Below, in pieces: positions 39,431 to 47,416 of a stretch of 64,000 bases of DNA. Within the stretch, counting starts at the first letter, position 1, and the number at the start of each line of letters is the position of its first letter. The DNA is from Planctomycetota bacterium (lineage in GTDB: Bacteria; Planctomycetota; GCA-002687715; CAIWVZ01): positions 320,001-384,000 of the forward strand of contig JBGANV010000003.1 in the NCBI GenBank assembly GCA_044222185.1, given 5' to 3'. A model generated the notes under the pieces. The model was not told the DNA's origin, made no database searches, and was given only the letters and a program-made list of their open reading frames with translations. The position numbers were made by a program, and so were the translations under genes.

Positions 39431-41509
39431 TCAGAAGTCCGCGTCGACCGTCCCGCCCTCGACCACTTCGATGGACCTGGTGGCCCCGCTGGGCCGGTCG
39501 GGGTGGACGATGGGGCCCAGGTCGATGGTCCCCTCCTTCATGGTGACGCTCAGGCGGTAGGGCCCCGCTGGGAGAGATGCGAAGACGTAACCGCCGTCTG
39601 CGTCAGTGGTCGCGATCCGTTGGGGCTCGGCACGTCGCGCCGGGTCCATGGGGACCAGCTCCAACCGCGCCTTCGCGTCGGGTTCGCCGCTCTTCGTGCG
39701 GACCTTTCCCCGGATCTGACCGGCCGCGCGCATGAGGATGTCGGGGTGGCGAAACTCGGCGCCGGCGGCAATCGTGAACACCGGGGTGATCTCCGTCGCG
39801 AACGACGGGTGCGACGCCGTGAGGCGGAACTCCCCCGTCATCACGCCCGCGAGGCGGAACGTTCCATCGGCCGCCGACTTCGCAGTGAGGATTGCCTTGC
39901 GCGCCTGCCCCTGTGTCAGGCCGATGAACGGGTTGTCGGCCCGGGAGTCGGTCATGCCCACCTGGCTGACGGCCACTTCCGCATCCGCGACGGGTTTCCC
40001 CGACCGATCCACGAGCCGCCCGAGGACTGCAACGCCGCGGACGACGCGAACCTCCACGCGCTCGCGCCGCTCCCCTTCGGCGAGGGTGATCTCCGCGCTT
40101 CGACCTCCGGCCCAGCCCTTCGCCTGGACGAGCACCCAGTACCGCCCTGCGGGAAGGTCGACGAGTTCGAACGAACCTCCGATGGTGCTGGGGGGCGCGA
40201 AGATCCGGCGCGTCTCGGGCGGGATCAACGTGACCTTGGGGTTCGTCACCACGCCGATCTCGAAGTGCGTGAGGGGCCGACCCGTCTCGTCGTCGACGAC
40301 ACGCCCGGCGACGGAGCTGCTCGGCGACAACGCCAGGATCACGTCCGGCACCCCTGCATCGACGTTCCGCTCGACCTGCGGCGATCTGAAGCCCGGCGCC
40401 GACGCCGTCAGCAGGTAGGGCGCGGTCTCGACGCCCTCCACGAGGAAGTGGCCGGTCTCGTCGGTCCTCACCGACAACGGAAGGAACGCGCTCTTCTTGG
40501 GTTTCACGTCGGGCCCGGCTCCAGGCGTCCGATCGCGGGCTGCGGCCTGCGGGTCGCGCACCTTGGGCGCTGGACGCGCCGTCACGAGAGCGTTGGCGAT
40601 CGGCGTCCCCGTGGCCCCCGAGAGGACGACGCCGCCGATCGACGCGCCATCCTGGAAGATGAAGTCGACGAACTGAAGGGACTTGCCCTCCTGGAGCTCG
40701 AGCGCAGCGCGTCCCGTGACCGCGAGGCCGGGATAACGGGCGAGGATGCGCTTCGTCCCGGGCCGCAGACGGTTGAGGACGTAGCGGCCATCCCGATCGG
40801 TCATCGTCTCCGTCTCGAAAACTCCATCCGGCGCCGAGTCCGTGAACTCCGAGTAGTAAGCCGTCACCCGGACGCCGCCCAGGACCTGGCCGGTCTCCCG
40901 TTTCGCGACACCCGTGATCGAGAACCCCGGCTGCATGAGCGCCAGCAGCCGTCCCGCGCGCCGGCCGCGCGGATCGACGAACGGCAGCCGCTCCGGAGCG
41001 TAGTCGGGATGCGTGACGCGGATCACGTAGCGCTGGCCGGCGACGACGGTCGGCGGGCCGAAGTGGAATTCACCGTCGGCCCCCGTGATGAGAGTCTCGA
41101 CGGTCGGGCCTTCCTGCGTCTTCGCCGGGATCGTGCTCGTGTCGAGGATGAGCGCGCAGCGCGCTCCGGCGACGGGGCGTTCGTCGGGACCATGCACGTG
41201 ACCGCGCAACGTGAGCTCGGACTCCGGCTCCGCCACCACGGGCTCCGTCTCGGCGAACGGCTTCGGCACGAGCTCGCCACCGCCGGACGAGCCGCGCGTC
41301 GTCGAGCGCGTCGCCGTGCCAGCCTCGGTCAGGGCCGGAGGTGGAACCGGGTCGCGGCGTTGATGTTCGCCGTCGCCGCTCGTGAGCTTCAGAATCAGCG
41401 CGACGACGCCGACGAGAACGAGGAGAGCTCCGAATGCCGCGGCCTTCCCGCGCGAGGCTCCGGACGTGGCGGACGTCGCACGGCTCGGCTCTGGATCGGT
41501 TGATGTCAT
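39431..41509 (-). CDS. Membrane-anchored carboxypeptidase-regulatory-like repeat protein, paralog of 37120..39240
   Basis: Shared GRVVDDETGRP, GG(K/R)SxEIT, DNPF and GTIDL segments. Confidence 0.82.
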   Translation of the reverse strand: MTSTDPEPSRATSATSGASRGKAAAFGALLVLVGVVALILKLTSGDGEHQRRDPVPPPALTEAGTATRSTTRGSSGGGELVPKPFAETEPVVAEPESELTLRGHVHGPDERPVAGARCALILDTSTIPAKTQEGPTVETLITGADGEFHFGPPTVVAGQRYVIRVTHPDYAPERLPFVDPRGRRAGRLLALMQPGFSITGVAKRETGQVLGGVRVTAYYSEFTDSAPDGVFETETMTDRDGRYVLNRLRPGTKRILARYPGLAVTGRAALELQEGKSLQFVDFIFQDGASIGGVVLSGATGTPIANALVTARPAPKVRDPQAAARDRTPGAGPDVKPKKSAFLPLSVRTDETGHFLVEGVETAPYLLTASAPGFRSPQVERNVDAGVPDVILALSPSSSVAGRVVDDETGRPLTHFEIGVVTNPKVTLIPPETRRIFAPPSTIGGSFELVDLPAGRYWVLVQAKGWAGGRSAEITLAEGERRERVEVRVVRGVAVLGRLVDRSGKPVADAEVAVSQVGMTDSRADNPFIGLTQGQARKAILTAKSAADGTFRLAGVMTGEFRLTASHPSFATEITPVFTIAAGAEFRHPDILMRAAGQIRGKVRTKSGEPDAKARLELVPMDPARRAEPQRIATTDADGGYVFASLPAGPYRLSVTMKEGTIDLGPIVHPDRPSGATRSIEVVEGGTVDADF

Positions 41510-41581
41510 GTGATGGCGGAGGTTGGACGACGGTTGGCGTTCAGGATTCCAAAGGTGCGCGTGAAGGTATTATCGGTCGCG

Positions 41582-43678
41582 ATGAGGGCACTTCGACAGC
41601 TGGCGATCCTCGCCGGGGTCTCCGCGGTCGTCGGAGCGCAGTCTCCGGCAGATCCAGGGTTCCGAGTCTATCTCTGGTTGGAGGGCGCCTTCGACCTCAC
41701 GGCGACGAGCGTGGCGGCGATCCGGGACCTGGGGTTCGGCGGCGTGAACGCGGAGAGCCCGGCGGACGTCGAGCGGGTCGGGCCGACGGGAATGCCGTTC
41801 TACGTCGACCACGCCGTGCCGAAGGGTTTCCTCCACATCAGGCCCGAAACCTTCACCAGTGCGCGCGATGCGTTCCGCAAGTCCCCCGGCGCCGCGACGC
41901 TGGGTCGCCCCACCTGCCTTCGGGACCCCGCGGCACTCGCAGACGCCGAGGCCGCATTGAAGCGCGTCGCACAGGTCTGTCGGACGTTCCGGCCGGACTT
42001 CGTGTCGCTCACGGACGAGCCCTCCGCGACGCGTGGGATCAACCCGATCGACTGGTGCCAGGACGCCCGGTGCGTGACCGCACTTCCGGCCTTCCTCACC
42101 GAGCGCTGGGGGGACGCGCAGCGCGCGCGCGAGGTCTGGGGGACGCATTGGCCCGCGAACGCTCCCCCGGTTCCCGTGGATACGGAGGACGCGCGGCGCG
42201 CAGCGTTCCACGCCATCGGTCCACCTTCGTTGATCGCCGCATGGAACGACACGCGCAGCTTCGCCGACCAGGCCTTCATCGACGCCGTGGCGCACCTCGC
42301 GAGCGGCCTGCGGCGTGAGCTTCCCGGCGTGCCGGTCGGGCTGAACGGCGTGTCCATGCCAAGCGCCTTCGGGGGCTTCGACTGGGAGCAACTCGCGCCC
42401 GTCCTCGACGCCATCGAGCCCTACGACAACGGCGCCGCGCGAGACCTCATCGAAGGATGCGCGCGACCGGGAACGTCATTCGCTCACACGTACTTCCCGG
42501 AGAGTCGAGATGCGACGAGTCTCGCGCATGAGCTGTGGCATTACTTTCTGAAGGGGGATCGGGCCGCGATCTTCTTCAGCACGCGCCACTGGCTCATGGC
42601 GAACGACCCCAAGCGCCCGACGCCGCTACTCGAGGCGGTCGCGCCCCTGCTGAAGGAACTGGCGAGCGATGCGCTGGCACCCTGGCGTCGGTCGCGGCGC
42701 CTTCGGCCGCAGGTCGCGATCCTGCACTCCATGGCGTCGACACGCGCGCATTGGCTCATCGACACGCGACACGACGGAACGAGCTGGTTCAACCGCCTCA
42801 GTTCCTACGAGGACGAGAACTCGTCTGAAGCCGTCAACCGCGCCGCATGGACCGCGTTGCTTGCGGACCTGGGGCTCTCGTATCGGTTCGTATCGACGAT
42901 GGATCTGCGCAGCGGCGCGTTGGCGAAGAGCGACGTCTCCGTGCTCGTGCTCCCGCGAACCATCGCGCTCAGCGACACCGAGGCACGCGCCATCGAACAC
43001 TTCTCGCAGGCACACCTCGTCCTCGCTGATCGGGACATCGGGCTGTTCACGCACCGCCTGGAACGCCGACAGAAGCCCGCCCTCGACGACCTGTTCGGCA
43101 TCACGCGCGCGGGCCCCGTCGACCTCTCGACGCTCGGGGATCTCACCGTTCGTGGTCCCACGCCGGCGACGCCGCACGAACGTGCGATCACGGCCGCGGG
43201 CGCAGAGAGCGGAGCATCCATCGATGGCGTCCCCGTCCTTTTCGCGCGGGGTTCCGCCGGCGGGCGAGCCGTCTATCTGAACCTTCGCATCGGCAGCTAC
43301 TCGAAGGACCGGGTGAGCGACCCGGACCGCGCCGCGCGCCTGCGCAACTGGATCCGCCCGCAGCTCCTGGGGAGTCAGATTCGCGCCAGGGTCGACCTCC
43401 TCGAACGGGCGACGGGGCGACAACCCCTCATCACCACTCACGTCCGGACGGATGGCGACGACCTGCTGGTGGCGTTCGAGGCGCCGCTCCCAGCCACCGA
43501 CTCCCGTCCTGGAAGTGAATCCCGGCCGCATGCCGCGCCCGTACCATTCGTCGCCCTCGTCCCCGGGACCTTCCAGTTCACGGACGCCGTCAGTGGCGCC
43601 GAGCTCGGCTCCGGGAACCGGATCGAATCCACGACCAGCCCCGATCGGCCGAGAATCGTCCGTCTCCGCCGGCGCTGA
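41582..43678 (+). CDS. Exported glycoside hydrolase-like protein (GH42-like TIM barrel + beta-galactosidase trimerization domain)
   Basis: Signal peptide; LTDEPS and DAIEPYD candidate catalytic Glu; FLTERWG; PQVAILHS...VLVLPRTIALSDTE trimerization-domain pattern. Confidence 0.7.
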   Translation: MRALRQLAILAGVSAVVGAQSPADPGFRVYLWLEGAFDLTATSVAAIRDLGFGGVNAESPADVERVGPTGMPFYVDHAVPKGFLHIRPETFTSARDAFRKSPGAATLGRPTCLRDPAALADAEAALKRVAQVCRTFRPDFVSLTDEPSATRGINPIDWCQDARCVTALPAFLTERWGDAQRAREVWGTHWPANAPPVPVDTEDARRAAFHAIGPPSLIAAWNDTRSFADQAFIDAVAHLASGLRRELPGVPVGLNGVSMPSAFGGFDWEQLAPVLDAIEPYDNGAARDLIEGCARPGTSFAHTYFPESRDATSLAHELWHYFLKGDRAAIFFSTRHWLMANDPKRPTPLLEAVAPLLKELASDALAPWRRSRRLRPQVAILHSMASTRAHWLIDTRHDGTSWFNRLSSYEDENSSEAVNRAAWTALLADLGLSYRFVSTMDLRSGALAKSDVSVLVLPRTIALSDTEARAIEHFSQAHLVLADRDIGLFTHRLERRQKPALDDLFGITRAGPVDLSTLGDLTVRGPTPATPHERAITAAGAESGASIDGVPVLFARGSAGGRAVYLNLRIGSYSKDRVSDPDRAARLRNWIRPQLLGSQIRARVDLLERATGRQPLITTHVRTDGDDLLVAFEAPLPATDSRPGSESRPHAAPVPFVALVPGTFQFTDAVSGAELGSGNRIESTTSPDRPRIVRLRRR

Positions 43679-43699
43679 ACCGCCTCAGATCCGGACCAA

Positions 43700-43746
43700 G
43701 CACCACATTTGGGCCAGGTCACAGCCACACCCACCACATCTTGGGC
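43700..43746. promoter_or_regulatory. Tandem NrdR-box-like operators, 31 bp apart
   Basis: gcaCcAcATtTgGgcc (43700-43715) and ccaCcAcATcTtGggc (43731-43746) match all invariant positions of acaCwAtATaTwGtgt; spacing matches known NrdR box pairs. Confidence 0.5.
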
Positions 43747-43806
43747 GTCGCGGACTGCCGCAAACCGCCACCGCCGCGCTTGCAACAGGCCTGTGGAGTT
43801 CTTGCG

Positions 43807-43834
43807 TTGACCACCCCCCCGGTAGTTCTATAAT
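43807..43834 (+). promoter_or_regulatory. Sigma70-type promoter
   Basis: TTGACC-N16-TATAAT, near-perfect consensus in a GC-rich background. Confidence 0.75.
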
Positions 43835-43840
43835 CCCCGC

Positions 43841-44039
43841 GCTGTCGACGGAGAGCGTCTTGTTCACGTTGCCAGCGGCGCCCGAAGAACACCGGGTCCG
43901 CACCCGCCGACTTCCGGCTCGACGCAAGACAAAGCTCGGATTTGGCCACGATTGGAAAAGGTCCCGTAACTCCTGATCCGTCCCCGATCCGACTTCCGAG
44001 ACCCCCGGTGCCTTCAAGTGCCGGGGGTCTCGTCCTTTT
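43841..44039 (+). ncRNA. Candidate structured small RNA (~190-200 nt) of unknown family; alternatively mRNA for a 38-aa basic peptide (43860..43976)
   Basis: Bounded by promoter and terminator; GACGGA (43847-52) pairs with TCCGTC (43977-82); long hairpin GAGC-GTCTTG...CAAGAC-aaa-GCTC; second hairpin 43938-43964. Confidence 0.5.
43997..44039 (+). terminator. Intrinsic terminator
   Basis: CGAGACCCCCGG-tgccttcaagtg-CCGGGGGTCTCG perfect 12-bp stem followed by TCCTTTT. Confidence 0.75.
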
Positions 44040-44206
44040 CAGCGACCACCTCAGCTCGTCGCACACCCGCGCCCGCAACGTTCACGGCGCCGCCGGCAAT
44101 CGATCGGCGGGTGCCACTCCCGCCGGCGAAATAGTTCCCGCGCCCAAATGAGTCCCCTAAGATGCGTGCCGACTCTCGTGCGAAGGCACGGCGCCAGTTC
44201 CCGTTG

Positions 44207-46150
44207 ATGGTCTATCTGCTGCTTCAAAACGAAGTCCTCGAGAACGTTCCGTTCGACCTCACGCGTGAGCTCGTTCTCGTTGGCCGGGGCGCCGACGCCC
44301 ACATCAAGGTCGACCACCCGAGCGTCTCGCGGATCCACGCGCGGATCGAGCGAACGAGCGACGCGCTGCTCGTCGAGGATCTGGGGAGCCGCAACGGGAC
44401 GTTCGTGAACGACCGTGCAGTTGCATGTCCCACGGCGGTCCACCCCGGTGACCGCATCCGCTGCGGTGAGGTCGTGTTCGTCGTTCGCGAGCGCGACGCC
44501 GCGCCGGGGGTATCCGCCGCGGCACCGGCGCTCACGCGACGCACGCTGGTCGGCGCGGCCGTCGTGATCCTCGCTTGTTGCGCCGCAGCCGCGTTCGCAT
44601 TCACGCGAACGCGTCATGAGGAAGACCGCTCTCCCGCGCCAGTCGCCACGGCGCCAGCCGAGCCGGTCACGAACGCGAGACCCTCGAACCACGCAGCGAT
44701 GCAAGAGCTTCCGGTGGTCGTGGAGCCGCAACCCGAACCTCATTCACGCCCGGTGATCGTCGAGGCCCCGCCAGTTCCCAAACCCCAGCCGCCGACGGAA
44801 GTCGTCGAGTCGCCTCCTGCGCCGACGGCAGCGGCGACGCTGACGCCGATGGAAACGGCCGCGCCCAAGCCGGCTCCCGCGACCGAGGCGCCGTTCCCGG
44901 ATCGACTCGCCGAGGCCCGCGCGGCTGGCTTCGAGGCCGTATCGGCCCTGCTCGCCGATTGCGACCGCCGCGCCCTTCACGACGAAGCCGACCGAACGCT
45001 CGCCGTCGCCCTGGAGATGCGCCCCGAGGACGCCACGCTCCGTGCGCGCATCGGAGACCGCCGATACCTCGGTCGCTGGCGATCTCACGCCGACCTCGTG
45101 AAGCTGGGCGTGCTCGATGACGCCGGAAAACTGCGTGGATCCGACACCGACCGAGCCCGCGTGCGCCGCCTCTACATCGACCTGGTCGGACGCACGCCGC
45201 TTCTCACCGAGCTTCCGACCGCCCTCGCCATGAGTCGCGAGGAGATGGTCGACAAACTCCTCGCGTCCGCGGAGCACGCATCACTCTGGTACGAGGACGA
45301 GCTCTTCTACTTCCTCCTGCTCGACGATTTCCGCCCGTCCGAGGACCGGCTGAACGACCTGCCCGGGCGCCTCGCGGCGGCACAGGTCACCGTCAAGGAC
45401 GGGATCGGCGAGATCGTGAAGTCCCAGTTCTTCAACGCCCGCAATCCGGGGAACGACACCTACGTCACCGTGATCCTCGAGCAACTGCTCGGCATCACGG
45501 TGCAGAAGGACCCGCGACTCCTCGAATCCGGGAAGAAGATGTACGACGGCTACGCGACGTCGATCTTCGGGAAGCGCGGCGCGTCGCAGGGTGACTTCGT
45601 CGAGATCTCCATGCAGCAGCCGGCGTTCTCGTCCTTCTACGTGGCGCGCGCCGGCCGGCGCCTCTTGGGCCAGGACCTCCCGAAGAAGGAACTGGACCGC
45701 CTGGCGGCTCAGTTTCATGGCGAGCCGCGCACGTTCCTGGCGATCGAACGCGAGATCGTCCTGTCGGCGGCCTACACGGAAACGTGCAAGACGCCGCGCA
45801 AGAAGACCGATCAGCAGTTCGTGCGCACCCTCTACCACGACCTTCTCGCGCGGGCGCCGACCTACCAGGAGCTGCGCAACATGCGCAACGCGACCCAGGC
45901 GCTCGCCGACCCGGTGGGGATCCGCTCCGTGATCATCAAGGCGATCCTGGAGTCGGAGTCCGTGGCACCGCCGCCGAAGAACGAGATCAAGCCCGCGACC
46001 TGGATCCCCGATCAATTCCTGCACATGCTGGGACGATCGCCGAGTCCCGCGGAACTCGAGACGTTCCTCGACGTCTGGAAGACGCCCGCGTGCCGCCCGT
46101 CGACGATCCTGCATGCCATCCTCACGAGCGCCGAATATCAGCACTACTGA
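44207..46150 (+). CDS. FHA domain-TM-Pro-rich linker-DUF1549/DUF1553-like helical repeat protein
   Basis: FHA VGRG...SVSRIHA...DLGSRNGTFVN; TM TLVGAAVVILACCAAAAFAF; repeats RRLYIDLVGRTP, RTLYHDLLARAP, DQFLHMLGRSP; ORF ATG 44162 overlaps a TAAGAT -10-like hexamer, so 44207 preferred. Confidence 0.75.
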   Translation: MVYLLLQNEVLENVPFDLTRELVLVGRGADAHIKVDHPSVSRIHARIERTSDALLVEDLGSRNGTFVNDRAVACPTAVHPGDRIRCGEVVFVVRERDAAPGVSAAAPALTRRTLVGAAVVILACCAAAAFAFTRTRHEEDRSPAPVATAPAEPVTNARPSNHAAMQELPVVVEPQPEPHSRPVIVEAPPVPKPQPPTEVVESPPAPTAAATLTPMETAAPKPAPATEAPFPDRLAEARAAGFEAVSALLADCDRRALHDEADRTLAVALEMRPEDATLRARIGDRRYLGRWRSHADLVKLGVLDDAGKLRGSDTDRARVRRLYIDLVGRTPLLTELPTALAMSREEMVDKLLASAEHASLWYEDELFYFLLLDDFRPSEDRLNDLPGRLAAAQVTVKDGIGEIVKSQFFNARNPGNDTYVTVILEQLLGITVQKDPRLLESGKKMYDGYATSIFGKRGASQGDFVEISMQQPAFSSFYVARAGRRLLGQDLPKKELDRLAAQFHGEPRTFLAIEREIVLSAAYTETCKTPRKKTDQQFVRTLYHDLLARAPTYQELRNMRNATQALADPVGIRSVIIKAILESESVAPPPKNEIKPATWIPDQFLHMLGRSPSPAELETFLDVWKTPACRPSTILHAILTSAEYQHY

Positions 46151-46164
46151 GATTGGACCCCGTC

Positions 46165-47349
46165 ATGACACGATCGAAACTCAACCGACGCGACTTCCTG
46201 CTGGCGACGGGCGTCGCCATGGGGACCGCCGCCGCGGCGCGGGCCGGAGTGACGCTTCCGTCGCGGGAGCTGCTTCTCCCGACGCGAGCGCCATACAAGA
46301 CGCAGCGGGTGATCCTCGTGGCGTTCGCGGGCGGTGTTCGCAGCCGTGACACGATCGGCGCGCCGCAGAACGTCCCGAACCTCATGAAGATCGCCAAGGC
46401 CGGCGTCGTGTTCCCGAACACGCGTTGCTCGAACCTCGGCCACTTCGGCGCCGCTCTCTCGATCTTCACGGGTGTCCAGGACTACGCGGGCATCCGCGAG
46501 AACGACCGCGGCGACTACCCGACGATGTTCGAGTACCTGCGCAAGCAGCTCGGGCTCTCGGCATCCGACGTGTGGCTCTCGGCGACCGGCGGCGTCCAGC
46601 AGCAGAACTTCACGTACTCCTACCACCGCGGCTACGGCCAGAAGTACGGCGCCAACCTCATCTCGTCGGACGGGATCTTCAACGCAGAGTTCCAGGGCAT
46701 CCTGAACTCGTTCGGCAAGGTCCAGATGCCGACGGAACAGGAGAACGACGCGCTCCAGCGCCTCCGCACGGCGATGACCGCGGAAGCGAAGGACCGCGGA
46801 CTCGCCGGAGCGGACCTGAACTCGCCGGAGGCTCTGCGCTCGATCGAGAAGTTCATCCTGGAGGAGCTCAACCAGGACACGGCGCGGCTGACGGGGCCCG
46901 GATCCGGCGACGCCAAGACCATGCGCGTCGCATCGAACCTCTTCCGCGGCTTCAAGCCCAAGGTCCTCGGCGTCGTGCTCCAGCAGGCGGACGTGGCGCA
47001 CGGGTCCTACAACGGCTACGTGGAAGTCATCCGGCGCAACGACGACGAACTGGGCAAGCTCTGGCAAGGGATCCAGAACGACAGGGCGCTCCGCGACACG
47101 ACGTCGATCTTCATCCTCCCCGAGTTCGGCCGAAACAAGGACCTCAACGAACGCAACGGGCTGGACCACGGCGACGGAAGCCTCGATCTCCAGAACATCG
47201 CGCTCGTCGCGGCAGGCCCGGACATCAAGGCGAACCAGATCGTGAAGAAGGACATCCACGCCACGGACGTCTGCCCGACGATCTGCGAGATTCTCGGCGC
47301 CAAGCCCGAGCTCGCGAAGGGCAAGGTCATCCGCGATGCCCTCGTGTGA
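46165..47349 (+). CDS. Tat-exported DUF1501-like / alkaline-phosphatase-superfamily protein
   Basis: Tat signal SKLNRRDFLL; VILVAFAGGVRSRD, DVAH, ILPEFGR, GLDHG, LVAAGPD. Confidence 0.75.
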   Translation: MTRSKLNRRDFLLATGVAMGTAAAARAGVTLPSRELLLPTRAPYKTQRVILVAFAGGVRSRDTIGAPQNVPNLMKIAKAGVVFPNTRCSNLGHFGAALSIFTGVQDYAGIRENDRGDYPTMFEYLRKQLGLSASDVWLSATGGVQQQNFTYSYHRGYGQKYGANLISSDGIFNAEFQGILNSFGKVQMPTEQENDALQRLRTAMTAEAKDRGLAGADLNSPEALRSIEKFILEELNQDTARLTGPGSGDAKTMRVASNLFRGFKPKVLGVVLQQADVAHGSYNGYVEVIRRNDDELGKLWQGIQNDRALRDTTSIFILPEFGRNKDLNERNGLDHGDGSLDLQNIALVAAGPDIKANQIVKKDIHATDVCPTICEILGAKPELAKGKVIRDALV

Positions 47350-47416
47350 GCCCTGACGCCGCGCCACCGACGCCCGGCTCGCTGATGGGGCGCGGCCCGA
47401 TGCGAACTTCCAACCC

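Noticed and set aside
43780-43802. Replication origin suggested by DnaA-box-like sequence
   Set aside because: Only one or two degenerate boxes, no AT-rich unwinding element, and no dnaA/dnaN context.
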